Source: Myxococcota bacterium (GTDB taxonomy: Bacteria; Myxococcota_A; UBA796; UBA2385). From it: 64,000 bases of DNA. The notes below the pieces were generated by a model. It had not been told where the DNA came from, did no database searches, and saw only the letters and a list, made by a program, of their open reading frames with translations. This document shows, one piece after another, positions 32,001-41,392 of the stretch. The position numbers were made by a program, and so were the translations under genes. Numbering within the stretch: position 1 is the first letter of the stretch; each line of letters opens with the position of its first letter. The DNA lies in contig JBIJDH010000003.1 of assembly GCA_044344255.1 (NCBI GenBank), positions 384,001 through 448,000 on the forward strand, given 5' to 3'.

Positions 32001-34715
32001 CTCCCCGCCCTCACGAAGGTGGGCGACCGAGCCACGGTGAAGACGGTCGCGCCCTACCGGGGCCGGATGCTCTTCACCGTCGAGACCGACCGTGTCATCG
32101 AGCACTCGTGGAAGAAGGTGGACGCTGGCCCCGTCGAGTGGAGCTTCCGACTCGACGAATTCGAGCCCAACGTCTATGTCACCGCCTTCCTCGTCAAGGA
32201 CCCTCACCTCGAGTCGATGGAGGCCTACCTCCCGGATCGGGCCTACGGCGTGGCGTCGGTCCCCGTTGAGCCCACGGACTTCACCGCGGCGGTCCGGCTC
32301 ACCGTACCCGCCGAGATGAGGCCGTACAGCGGCCTGGACGTCGTCATCGAGGTGGAGCCGGGCGCCGGGCCGACCACCGCCACGGTCGCCGTGGTCGACG
32401 AGGGCATCCTGCAGCTCACACGGTTCAAGAGCCCGAACCCGCATGACTCCATCTTCGCGCGTCGCGCCTTGGGGGTGGAGAGCTTCGAGACCATCGGTTG
32501 GACGCTGCTCTCCGAGCCCGGTGGCACCAGCGCCCACAGCGGCGGCGACGCCGAAGGGGGCGGTGGACGGGTGCAGATGGTCAAGCCGGTGGCGCTCTTC
32601 TCGGGCCCCATCTCCGTCCCCGCGAACGGCAAGGCCACGGTGCACTTTGACATCCCGGGCTACCGCGGGCAGCTCCGCGTGATGGCGGTGGTGGCCGGCA
32701 AACAGCGGATGGGCCACGCCGAGGCCACGCTCCTGGTGCGGGACCCCCTCGTGCTACAGACTACGCTGCCGCGCTTCCTCGTCAGCGGCGACATCGCGGA
32801 GCTGCCGGTCTTCGTCAGCAACCTGTCGGGCGGTGACCGAGAGGTGACCATCCAGCTCGAGGTCGAGGAGCTCCCCCGTAAGGGTGGCTCCAGCCCGGGC
32901 GCCAAACCCTCGCCGGTCGCCTCCATCGTCGGCGGCAGCTCCGGGCGCCTCACCCTCGCCGAGGGACAGGGCGGGACGGTCGCCTTCCGGTTGAAGGCGC
33001 TCCGGGCCCCCGGTGGGCTCAAGCTGCGGGTCACCGCGACGGCGCCGGGGGGCTTCTCTTCCAAGGAGGAGCTCGAGCTCCCGATCGCGCCGGCCGGCAT
33101 GGAGGAGCGGCGCACCTCGCGGGTCGCGCTCACCAGCGCTCACCTCGACCTCGGCGCCGCGCTCCAGGCGGAGTCCTGGGTGCCGGGCTCCGAGCGCAGC
33201 ACCTACTGGATCACGGCCAACCCCTACGCTGATGTGCTGCAGCACCTCGACTTTGTCGTCCACTACCCCTACGGCTGCATCGAGCAGACGTCTTCGGGCA
33301 CGCGGGCCCTGCTCTACGTCTCCCGCGTGGTGGACGCGGTGGACCCCTCCCTCGTCGCCGAGGGGTCGGTCGACGACATGATCCGCAAGGGCGTGGAGCG
33401 CATCCTCTCGATGCAGACGCCGGAGGGCGGCTTCTCCTACTGGCCGGGGGACACCACGTCCTCGCTGTGGGGCACCGCCTACGCCACCGCCACGCTCCTC
33501 GACGCCCAGAAGGCCGGCCACCCCGTCCCCGCGGGCCCCCTGAAGGACGCGGTCGCGTACCTCGAGCGTGAGGTCGGAAATCGAGAGAGCCTCGACGACG
33601 CCCCCACCTTGGCCTTTGGCCACTATGTGGTCGCGCTCGCAGGCAAGCCCCAGGCGGCGCGGGCCCGGTCCCTCCACGACAAGGTGCTGGTGCAGCTCAA
33701 GGCGCCCGATCGCCGCTCCGGCTGGTGGTGGGAGGACGAGATGGCGGGCGCCGCCTACCTCCTCGAAGCCTCGGTCCACCTGTCCGGCGATCGGCGGTAT
33801 GAGGCCGAGCTCCGGAAGCTCGGCACCGGCCTCCTCCGCGTGCGCCGCGCCAACAACTGGGCCTTCTACTCGGACCTCCGCGATCGTTCTTTGCGCCTCG
33901 CGGTGTTCACCGAGCTCTTCGGCGCGGACAAGGGCGGAGAGGCGGCCGCAGCCTCGATCGCCGACTCCCTGCGCGGCCATCCGAGCTCGAGCTACACCAC
34001 GCAGGAGCTGGCGTGGGCCCTGACCGCGCTTGGAAAGCGCCTGTCCGAGGCGGCCTCGGACATCCCGTCCGGCTCCGTCACGCTGGACGGTCGGGCCCTC
34101 ACCCCCTCCGCGACGACGAGCTGGGGGGAGAAGAGCTGGTTGGTTCACCGGGGCTCCGAGGCCGGCAGCCTCGTGCTCGACGTCGACCGGCCCTCGGACA
34201 AGGTCTTCCTGGTGACCTCCACCCAGGGGGTGCGGCCGGACTCCGAGGTGAAGGTGGGCGGCGTGGGGCTGCGCGTCGAGCGGCAGTGGCTCGACGAGAA
34301 GGGCCAGCCACTCGATCTCGCCAAGATCGCGCTCGGTGACCGGGTCCACGTGCGGCTGTCGCTCGAGAACACGACCCCGGACCGGGTCCAGAACGTGGCC
34401 CTGGTCGACCGCATCCCCGCGGGCTGGGAGATCGAGAACGTGAACCTCGGCCGCGGCGCCTTGCCGGAGTGGGTCGACACCGACAGCCTCTGGTCTTCAG
34501 ACGCCTACAACCAGCGGGATGACCGGGTGGAGGTCTTTGGCTCCCTCGAGGGCCGGCAGACCCGCTCGGTGGTCTATGTGGTCCGCGCGGTCACCTCGGG
34601 CACCTTCACCGTCCCGGAGGTCTCGGCCGAGGCGATGTACGATCCAGGTGTCTGGTCTCGGAAGGCAGGAATTACGCTGAACATCGCTGGGCCTTGGGCG
34701 CAGTTCCTGCTCTGA
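29025..34715 (+). CDS. Bacterial alpha-2-macroglobulin lipoprotein (YfhM-like)
   Basis: VFGC lipobox, YTDRGVYRPGD, VEEFVPERM, AVVDEGIL, thioester motif YPYGCIEQ and C-terminal AEAMYDP. 1896 aa. Confidence 0.95.
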   Translation: MGGLRSPYLFLLLSVLFAVFGCRGDGDAGEGGAAPEGATQLGDIIADPQSTLLRMRAVGPEGAVPAELVIQLRKPLFAGVEAGTVLGEGSRLDFDPPVPGHLEVLSADTLRFLPDTGFRPDTAYRATLAAVEGGGQRATPPDGESWSLPFRTPAFQLLRGGLTERDAAAGRVTVELYFSAPVDVNEVKARVRWSLGALKLRPTAEAAGSRPSSVRFTFEDPALRGDGLISVSVEPVPSAQDAALQAPAASFELSLTRGPEVEILSFGVREGQNGHYLEVVCNDKGAGGERYYWDPETYDGWWTSRRCILDEAEARRMVHIDPAVEFTVAEAPAGFRLFGDFPIGEYSLRIDGGARTRDGGVLASGYSGQVRVPERKPRISFASKGRYLPRSAWKKLAVQHLNVDAVTVTVRHVPEANLAFWLSGDRETADARSSNVVAKQELTFSRVTDLEETAWVDVSAVLPKVQRGVYELRVDTKADPANPGRATTGDAARILLTDMQLVAKRASPRPGQAWSPSVLVWALDTHSGAPLTGVHVKLIRPSGQAMATCDTGMSGVCEIKVPMDEVDPTPPLALVATRDDDLTYLKFEELRLDPEADVAGRPYAIDAEAAAAYQAALYTDRGVYRPGDVVHLGGVLRDPSFHAPEAALPVVVQLFDPRGKELRRKVVQTDAAGVITVDLPFADYASTGVYRVMAEVGERVVGETSFNVEEFVPERMKVTLSPVVAAGVRLGEPLELDVGARWLFGGSAAGSGVELSCRLESADFKPKAAEGWHFGLAQVDDTDQPRPITLGLVEGRLDEAGVARMSCPPPASSGTASGPLSLVADAAVFEGDSGRSTHVTARTPVHPERFYLGTRTATEKVKAGQRVSVQGLVADWEGKPSAEAPATVSVEILRLDEELGWWWDEREESSRYRRLLRRSRESVREVPVVKGAFTVAFTPAGSAAGYVVVVSSGAARSEQYIEGAARRYWWDPSDSEVDQTPRPKKPTPLVLELPALTKVGDRATVKTVAPYRGRMLFTVETDRVIEHSWKKVDAGPVEWSFRLDEFEPNVYVTAFLVKDPHLESMEAYLPDRAYGVASVPVEPTDFTAAVRLTVPAEMRPYSGLDVVIEVEPGAGPTTATVAVVDEGILQLTRFKSPNPHDSIFARRALGVESFETIGWTLLSEPGGTSAHSGGDAEGGGGRVQMVKPVALFSGPISVPANGKATVHFDIPGYRGQLRVMAVVAGKQRMGHAEATLLVRDPLVLQTTLPRFLVSGDIAELPVFVSNLSGGDREVTIQLEVEELPRKGGSSPGAKPSPVASIVGGSSGRLTLAEGQGGTVAFRLKALRAPGGLKLRVTATAPGGFSSKEELELPIAPAGMEERRTSRVALTSAHLDLGAALQAESWVPGSERSTYWITANPYADVLQHLDFVVHYPYGCIEQTSSGTRALLYVSRVVDAVDPSLVAEGSVDDMIRKGVERILSMQTPEGGFSYWPGDTTSSLWGTAYATATLLDAQKAGHPVPAGPLKDAVAYLEREVGNRESLDDAPTLAFGHYVVALAGKPQAARARSLHDKVLVQLKAPDRRSGWWWEDEMAGAAYLLEASVHLSGDRRYEAELRKLGTGLLRVRRANNWAFYSDLRDRSLRLAVFTELFGADKGGEAAAASIADSLRGHPSSSYTTQELAWALTALGKRLSEAASDIPSGSVTLDGRALTPSATTSWGEKSWLVHRGSEAGSLVLDVDRPSDKVFLVTSTQGVRPDSEVKVGGVGLRVERQWLDEKGQPLDLAKIALGDRVHVRLSLENTTPDRVQNVALVDRIPAGWEIENVNLGRGALPEWVDTDSLWSSDAYNQRDDRVEVFGSLEGRQTRSVVYVVRAVTSGTFTVPEVSAEAMYDPGVWSRKAGITLNIAGPWAQFLL

Positions 34716-34723
34716 GGTGGATC

Positions 34724-37045
34724 GTGCTGCGCGCTCCTCGGCGGCGCCTGGGTCGCGCCGGCGGGCTCGGGTTCCTCCTCTTGTTCGGCCTGTGGTCGCT
34801 GCTCCGGTGGTGGCCGCTGCCGGAGCGCCTGGACCTCGGCGGTTCGACGACCGTCCTGTTCGGAGACGGCTCTGTAGCGCACGTCTTCCTGTCCCCGGAC
34901 GAGAAGTGGCGGGTGCCCGTGCGGGTCGAGGACGTCGATCCCGCCTACATAGACGCGCTGCTCAGCGTCGAGGACGCGCGCTTCCGCTGGCATCCGGGCG
35001 TCGACCCGATCGCGCTCGGCCGCGCGGCGCTGCAGAACCTCGTCGCGGGGCGAGTGGTCTCGGGGGCCTCCACCCTCTCGATGCAGCTCGCCCGCCTCTG
35101 CCACCCGCGGCCGCGTCGGCTGGCCTCGAAGGTGCTGGAGGCGGGGAGGGCGCTTCAGCTCGAGGTGCGCCTCTCCAAGGATGAGCTCCTCGGCGCATAC
35201 CTCACCCACGTGCCCTACGGTCGAAACCTGGAGGGGGTCGAAGCGGCGTCGCTCGCCTACTTCGGGCACTCCGCCGACGCGCTCCAGCCTGCAGAGATCG
35301 CCACCCTCATCGCCGTCCCCCAAGACCCGAACCACCGTTTTCCCTCGCCGGCCAACGCCGAGCGGCTGCGGCTTGCGCGGGACGAGGTCGCCACGCGCCT
35401 CGTCGCGGCGGGGATCTTCGAAGACAGACCGGCGCTCCTCGAGGAGATCCTGGCCACCCCCGTGCCGACCGCGCTCCGCCCCCAGCCCCGCCAGGCGGTG
35501 CACGCCGCCCGCTGGATGCGGGGCCGCTCCGGCGGCTGGACCATCGAGACCACGCTCGATCGGGGCGTTCAGTCCCTCGTCGAGCGCATCCTCGCCGAGC
35601 AACGCGGGAGGGCCCAGCGCCAAGGCATCGAGAACGCGGGCATCGTCGTCGCCGACTGGAGGACCGGGGAGCTCCGTGCCCTGGTGGGGGGCTTCGACTT
35701 CTGGGCGGACCGTGACGGCGCCCAGATCCCCTCCTTCATCGTGCCCCGTTCGCCCGGGTCCACCTTGAAGCCCCTGCTCTACGCGCGGGCCATCGAGCGG
35801 GGCCTCGTGTTGCCCGAGACCCTGGTCTCCGACGTGCCGATGGCCTGGGGCAACTACCGCCCCGTCAACTTCGATGGCCAGTGGAGCGGGCTCGTCCGCC
35901 TCGAAGAGGCGCTCTCCCGCTCGCTGAACATGCCCTTCGTGCGCCTGCTGGCCGCCATGGGCGTCGAGCGCTTCATCAGTGACCTCGACACCCTCGGCGT
36001 GCGCAGCCTGCGACGCGATCCCGGGCGGTACGGCCTGTCGCTCGTGGTGGGCGGGGTCGAGCTCAGCCCCTTGGAGCTCGCGGGGATCTACACGGCCATC
36101 GCCGACGGCGGGCGGAGCCGCCCCTTGCACTGGCGACCCGACGCCTCTCCCCCTCCCGCGGTCCAGGCCCTGGCCCCCGGGGCGGCCTGGCTCAGTCGTC
36201 GCGCCCTCCGCCTCCGCGATCGGCCGGACTTCCCCTCGCGGCAGAGCCTCGCGGCGATGCCCAGGAACATCCACTGGAAGACGGGGACGAGCTTCGGCTT
36301 CCGCGACGCTTGGGCCGTGGGCTCGGGAGGGCGGTACACCGTAGTCGTCTGGCTCGGCAACCTCAACAACCGAGGCACGGTGCACCTCGTCGGCGCGGAG
36401 GCGGCGGCGCCGCTCCTCTTCGACATCCTCGAGGGGCTCGACGATGGTCTGAAGGGGGAGGCCGATCCGATGCCCGACGATCTCGGCCTCGTCGAGGTCT
36501 GCGCGCTCTCGGGCCGTGTCCCGACCGAGGCCTGCCGCGAGCGGAGGCGGGCGCCGGCCCTGCGCTCCCGGGTGCCGACGGCGACCTGCCCGTACCATCG
36601 AGAGATCGAGGTCGATCGGGCCACCGGCCTCCGTGTGGGCCCGGGCTGCCGCGACGGTCGCGTGGTGGAGCGGCGGGTCGTGGTCGAGCTCCCCGCCGAG
36701 GTGCGGCGCTGGCTGCGGGCGCCCTGGTCCGCCGAGGGGCCACCGCCCTGGGCCCCCGGATGCGGGGGAGGGGAGGGGAGCGGCCCCAAGATCAGCTCCC
36801 CGGCGCCGGGAGCGGTGGCGTTGCTCATCCCGGGCCTGTCACCTACCGAGCAGGAGGTGCCGATGGAGGCGGACAGCGGCGCGTCCAGCGCGGCCCTGAG
36901 CTGGTTCGTGGACGGCGCCTTCCTCGGCACGGCGGCCTCTGCGGAGCGGGTCTGGTGGGCCCCGAGCGTGGGAGTTCACGAGATCGTCGTCATGGACGAG
37001 GCGGGCCGAAGTGACCACCGGAGCCTGGTGGTCCGGGCCCCTTGA
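34724..37045 (+). CDS. pbpC: Penicillin-binding protein 1C
   Basis: Transglycosylase motifs EDARFRWHPGVDP, SGASTLSMQLAR and PYGRNLEG. Transpeptidase motifs SPGSTLKP, SLN and WKTGTS. C-terminal WFVDG domain. Directly follows A2M. Confidence 0.95.
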   Translation: MLRAPRRRLGRAGGLGFLLLFGLWSLLRWWPLPERLDLGGSTTVLFGDGSVAHVFLSPDEKWRVPVRVEDVDPAYIDALLSVEDARFRWHPGVDPIALGRAALQNLVAGRVVSGASTLSMQLARLCHPRPRRLASKVLEAGRALQLEVRLSKDELLGAYLTHVPYGRNLEGVEAASLAYFGHSADALQPAEIATLIAVPQDPNHRFPSPANAERLRLARDEVATRLVAAGIFEDRPALLEEILATPVPTALRPQPRQAVHAARWMRGRSGGWTIETTLDRGVQSLVERILAEQRGRAQRQGIENAGIVVADWRTGELRALVGGFDFWADRDGAQIPSFIVPRSPGSTLKPLLYARAIERGLVLPETLVSDVPMAWGNYRPVNFDGQWSGLVRLEEALSRSLNMPFVRLLAAMGVERFISDLDTLGVRSLRRDPGRYGLSLVVGGVELSPLELAGIYTAIADGGRSRPLHWRPDASPPPAVQALAPGAAWLSRRALRLRDRPDFPSRQSLAAMPRNIHWKTGTSFGFRDAWAVGSGGRYTVVVWLGNLNNRGTVHLVGAEAAAPLLFDILEGLDDGLKGEADPMPDDLGLVEVCALSGRVPTEACRERRRAPALRSRVPTATCPYHREIEVDRATGLRVGPGCRDGRVVERRVVVELPAEVRRWLRAPWSAEGPPPWAPGCGGGEGSGPKISSPAPGAVALLIPGLSPTEQEVPMEADSGASSAALSWFVDGAFLGTAASAERVWWAPSVGVHEIVVMDEAGRSDHRSLVVRAP

Positions 37046-37154
37046 TCGCGGCAGCCGGCATCCGCGACGAGGGGGCTCCGATGAGCGGGGCGAGGGATCG
37101 GGGCGGCGCAGCTCGGGGTTCACGTTTGCATCGTGATAAGGTGGTTTCGAACCT

Positions 37155-38786
37155 ATGAGCGAGAAGCTGCCAGGCGACCGCTTCCCGGACAGGCCCTTCG
37201 ATCGGCCCGGCGATGCGCATTCCCCGGCCCGAGGGGTCGCGGGCAACCTTGACCTCGCGGGCGAGGTGATCGCGGGCCGCTACCGGGTGGATCGCCTCAT
37301 CGCTCGCGGAGGGATGGGGGCGGTCTACCTCGCCCGCCACCTCGGCCTGCAGCGCATGGTGGCCCTCAAGATCCTGCACCCTGGCCCCGAGGTGGAGGAG
37401 GGCGGGGCCTTCGAGGAGCGGTTTCGCCTCGAGGCCGAGACGCTGGCCTCCCTCAACCACCCCCACATCGTCACCCTCTACGACTACGGGCAGACCGACG
37501 ACGGGCGCTACTTCCTCGCCCTTGAGTACATCGACGGGCCTCGGTTCACCGACGCGCTGCGGTCTGGGCCGATGGAGCCCCTCCGGGCGAGCCGCCTGAT
37601 CATCCAGGTCTGTCGGGCGCTGCGGTACGCACACAAGCGCGGGGTGGTTCACCGCGACCTAAAGCCCTCCAACCTGTTGATCGCCCAAGACGACGACGGG
37701 CAGGAGCACGTCAAGGTCGTGGACTTCGGCCTCGTCAAGGTGCTGGAGGACGATCAGAGCCTCACCCGCGCCGGTCTGATCCTGGGCTCGCCGCATTGTA
37801 TGGCGCCCGAGCAGATCCGCGGCCTCGACATCGATCACCGCGCAGACATCTACGCCATCGGCATCCTGCTCTTCCGCTCCCTCACCGGTCGCTGGCCTTT
37901 CCATGGGGACAGCAGCACAGCGACCATGATCTCGCACATCAACAACCTCACCCCTACCTTCGCCAGCGCGGCGCCTCAGCTTCGTTTCCCGACCGGCTTG
38001 GAGGCGGTGACCCGGCGATGTCTCGAGAAGGACCCCTGGGATCGGTTCCCCGACGTCAATCAGCTGATCGCTGAGCTTCAGGCCTGCTTCGACGAGCTCG
38101 GCGCCGAGACCTCTGTGAGCACCGCCGAGCCCTCCAGCATCGGTGGCGGCCGTGAGGCCTCGGGGTCCGCGGTGGACAACGAGCCCACCGCGCGCCTACC
38201 AGCGCCCGTGATCAGCCCGCCCGTCGGGGCGGAGCCCCCCAAAGTAGCGCCCGACGCGATGGGCGCCGACACGCTCCCGCCCACCCCCGCCAATGTGGTC
38301 GCAAACACACCGTTGGCCGCCCGCACGGAGCGATCCGACAACCCCTGGCGGATCGTCGCGATCCTCTCCTTGGTCGTCCTGTTGTTGTTCTTCGCGGTCA
38401 TGGGACTCTGGGTGGCCAGCGGGCTCCTGCACGGTGGCGGAGCGGACGCTCCGGAGGCCGGGCCGACCACCCGCGCGGACCCCCCGCCGCTCACACCGCC
38501 CCTGCCCACCCCGGAGACGGCCGGAGCGGCCACCGCCGATCCCGACGGCTCCGACGGCTCGGACGCGACCGAAGCCGCCCCGGTGAGCGCCGCAGGGTCG
38601 GGGGCCACCTCGGCGCCGCCCCCCGTTGACGAAACGGGGCCGAAGGCTGAGAAGAAGCCGCAGAACAAGGTCGAGAAGAAGGCGGAGAAGAAGGCCGAGA
38701 AGCCCACGGTCCCGGCGAAGGCGCCCGAGGAGAAGTCGGAGGGCGCACCGGCGGGCTACATGGGTGTCCCGGATTATGGCGGATAG
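37155..38786 (+). CDS. Hanks-type Ser/Thr protein kinase with one TM and a Pro/Lys-rich C-terminal tail
   Basis: ARGGMGAVY, VALKIL, HRDLKPSN, DFGLVK and GSPHCMAPEQ. TM WRIVAILSLVVLLLFFAVMGLWVA. Confidence 0.95.
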   Translation: MSEKLPGDRFPDRPFDRPGDAHSPARGVAGNLDLAGEVIAGRYRVDRLIARGGMGAVYLARHLGLQRMVALKILHPGPEVEEGGAFEERFRLEAETLASLNHPHIVTLYDYGQTDDGRYFLALEYIDGPRFTDALRSGPMEPLRASRLIIQVCRALRYAHKRGVVHRDLKPSNLLIAQDDDGQEHVKVVDFGLVKVLEDDQSLTRAGLILGSPHCMAPEQIRGLDIDHRADIYAIGILLFRSLTGRWPFHGDSSTATMISHINNLTPTFASAAPQLRFPTGLEAVTRRCLEKDPWDRFPDVNQLIAELQACFDELGAETSVSTAEPSSIGGGREASGSAVDNEPTARLPAPVISPPVGAEPPKVAPDAMGADTLPPTPANVVANTPLAARTERSDNPWRIVAILSLVVLLLFFAVMGLWVASGLLHGGGADAPEAGPTTRADPPPLTPPLPTPETAGAATADPDGSDGSDATEAAPVSAAGSGATSAPPPVDETGPKAEKKPQNKVEKKAEKKAEKPTVPAKAPEEKSEGAPAGYMGVPDYGG

Positions 38787-38827
38787 TCGTGGTGGGCCAA
38801 CGTAGCCACGAAGCACAGGAGTGGGTG

Positions 38828-41389
38828 ATGAGCCGCCGTCGGTGGGGCCCGGGATGGGTGGGGCCGTTGGTCTTCTTCTGCTTGCTCGGCTTCAGCCGCT
38901 CGGCGTGGGCTGACCCCAAGGACGACGCCAAGCGCCACTTCGTGGCGGGCCTGCAAGCCGCCGCGGCGAAGGATTTTCCGTTGGCCTTGGAAGAATTCCT
39001 GGCCGCGCAAGACACCTACCCGCACCCCGCGAGCCTCTACAACATCGCTCGCGCCTACACAGACCTCGGCGAGCTCGACAAGGCCCTCGCGTATTACCGA
39101 CTCTTTCGAGACGCGGCCCCCGACAAGGCCGCGGACATCGACCCCGTCATCGCGGTGATGGAGGCGCGCATCCGGCAGCAGCAGGCCCCGCCGCCCGCGG
39201 TGGAGGCGACCGCGGCCCCGAGCGCTCGGGCCGCCGGCGCGGCCTCGGCCGAAGAGGTCGAGCGCCTGCGCTCCATCGCCGCCGAGTTGGAGCGGCTGAG
39301 CGTCGCGATCGCCGAGCGCGCCGCGGCCCCCGAAGCCCCCGTGGTCGACGGGAGCGGCCCCGCTTTGGTGCCGGAGGCTGGGCCCGCACATCCGGCCCCC
39401 GTGGACGTCGCTCCGATCCCCGCGGGTGACTTCGTCTCCGACGCCTACGAGCGCATCGTCGTCACCGCCTCCCGCTACGGCCAGGATCCCCTCGACTCCC
39501 CGTCCACGGTCTCGGTCCTGACGGCCGACGATATCCGTCAAAGCGGCGCGACCAACATCCCCGATCTCCTCCGGCAGGTGGTCGGTGTCGAGGTGATGGA
39601 GCTGGGCGCCGGGAAGCCGGACGTGTCGATCCGTGGCTTCAACCGAGAGCTCTCCAACAAGATCCTGGTGCTCGTCGACGGTCGGTCGATCAACCTCGAC
39701 GCGCTCGGCACGCCGATCTGGGTCACTCTGCCGATCTCGATGGAGGAGATCGAGCGGATCGAGGTGATCCGGGGTCCGGGCTCGGCCATCTATGGCGCAA
39801 ACGCCGTGACCGGCGTGATCAACCTCATCACCAAGGTGCCCGGCGAGGGGAAGAACACGGTGAAGGTGGAGGGGGGCGCCCCCGGATACAGCCAGGGCAA
39901 CGCGATGGTGACCGGGCGAGAGGGGCGGACGGCCTGGCGCTTCGGCGGCGGCTTCCAGAAGACGGGCCGCTGGTCCACCTCGGGGACCCCGGAGACGAAC
40001 TCCGCTGTCTACTCTCCGCTGATGGACGATCAGAGCGTCGCTCTCGACGTCGTACGCGCCGACGGCCGCATCGACCGCTCCTTCGGAGAGCAGGGGCTGC
40101 TCTCGGTCTCCGGCGGCTACTCCGAGGGCCTCTCGGAGGTCTACGTCATCGGCGCCCTCGGCGAGTACAGCTTCCCCTTCTCCCACGCCTTCGCCCGGGG
40201 AGACATCGCCTGGGGCCCGCTCCACCTGCGCAGCTTCTACGACACGGAGAACGCCGAGACGGGCGCCTGGGTCGGCAAGCAGGGAGGGACCGACACCAAC
40301 GTAGACATCGACAGCGACGTCTTCGACACCGAGCTCGAGTGGCACGGGAACTTCAAGACCGGTCGAGTCGAGCACCGCCTGAGCGCGGGCCTCGGGTACC
40401 GCTTCAAGTCCCTGTCCTGGGGCTACCTCGAGGGGGCGGGCGAGCCGATCACCGAGAATCACAGCTCTGTCTTTGTTCAAGAGGAGGCCCGCATCGGCCG
40501 CCTCGCCGCGGTGGGCAGCTTGCGCGTAGACAACCACCCGCTCGTGGCCCTGAAGGACACCATCTCGCCGCGCGCCTCCGCGATCGTGCGTGTGGCCGAT
40601 CGCACCAGCGTGCGCGCGACGGTCGGCACGGCCTTCCGCGCCCCCACCTTCCTCGAGAGTTACCTCGACCTCGCGCAGCTCTCCCCGGCCACCGGCATCT
40701 TCGTGTTGACCAAGGGCAACAAGGAGCTGCTCCCCGAGCGGGTCTTCACCGCCGAGGCGGGCGTTCACGACGAGAGCACCGCCTGGCACCGCGCCGACGT
40801 CGCGGTGTACCTAAATCGGGTCACCGATCTGATCTTCGTCTCGGCGCTCGAGCCGGAGTTGAACTTCTACGATCCCGACCGCAACGGCTTCTCCGCCGGC
40901 ACCACCACCTTCGAGAACCTGCCGCCCGTCTACACGGCCTACGGGCTTGAGGCCGACAGCCGCTTCTTCCCGGTGGACGGCCTCGACCTCTACCTGAACG
41001 CGAACCTCGAGCAGATCCGGGAAGACGATGCCGGCTCCGTCGTCGATGTCGGGGATGCCTCGACCTTGAAGGTGAACGGGGGCGTGCTCTACCGCTCCCC
41101 TTGGCGCCTCGATGGTTCGGTAAACCTGAACTACCTCTCGGCCCAGACCTGGCGCCTCCGCGAGTACGACGACCAGGGGCAGCTCCAGGTCACGGAGAAT
41201 GAGATCCCCGCGCGCCTCATCCCCTCTGCGCGCATCGCCCTCCGCCCCTTCTCGGACGACCGCGTCGAGCTCGCCGCCACCGCCTGGAACATCCCCGCCC
41301 TCGTGTCGGATGAGGCCCGCTTCCGAGAGCACCCGAAGGGTCAGCTCGTCGGTGGTCGCCTCTTCGGCTCCCTCCAGTACCGGTTCTGA
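38828..41389 (+). CDS. TonB-dependent outer-membrane receptor with N-terminal TPR/helical extension
   Basis: Signal peptide ending AWA. TPR-like AKRHFVAG...SLYNIARAYTDLGELDKALAYY. VVTASR, plug IERIEVIRGPGSAIYGANAVTGVINLIT, FRAP and terminal LQYRF. Confidence 0.92.
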   Translation: MSRRRWGPGWVGPLVFFCLLGFSRSAWADPKDDAKRHFVAGLQAAAAKDFPLALEEFLAAQDTYPHPASLYNIARAYTDLGELDKALAYYRLFRDAAPDKAADIDPVIAVMEARIRQQQAPPPAVEATAAPSARAAGAASAEEVERLRSIAAELERLSVAIAERAAAPEAPVVDGSGPALVPEAGPAHPAPVDVAPIPAGDFVSDAYERIVVTASRYGQDPLDSPSTVSVLTADDIRQSGATNIPDLLRQVVGVEVMELGAGKPDVSIRGFNRELSNKILVLVDGRSINLDALGTPIWVTLPISMEEIERIEVIRGPGSAIYGANAVTGVINLITKVPGEGKNTVKVEGGAPGYSQGNAMVTGREGRTAWRFGGGFQKTGRWSTSGTPETNSAVYSPLMDDQSVALDVVRADGRIDRSFGEQGLLSVSGGYSEGLSEVYVIGALGEYSFPFSHAFARGDIAWGPLHLRSFYDTENAETGAWVGKQGGTDTNVDIDSDVFDTELEWHGNFKTGRVEHRLSAGLGYRFKSLSWGYLEGAGEPITENHSSVFVQEEARIGRLAAVGSLRVDNHPLVALKDTISPRASAIVRVADRTSVRATVGTAFRAPTFLESYLDLAQLSPATGIFVLTKGNKELLPERVFTAEAGVHDESTAWHRADVAVYLNRVTDLIFVSALEPELNFYDPDRNGFSAGTTTFENLPPVYTAYGLEADSRFFPVDGLDLYLNANLEQIREDDAGSVVDVGDASTLKVNGGVLYRSPWRLDGSVNLNYLSAQTWRLREYDDQGQLQVTENEIPARLIPSARIALRPFSDDRVELAATAWNIPALVSDEARFREHPKGQLVGGRLFGSLQYRF

Positions 41390-41392
41390 GCC

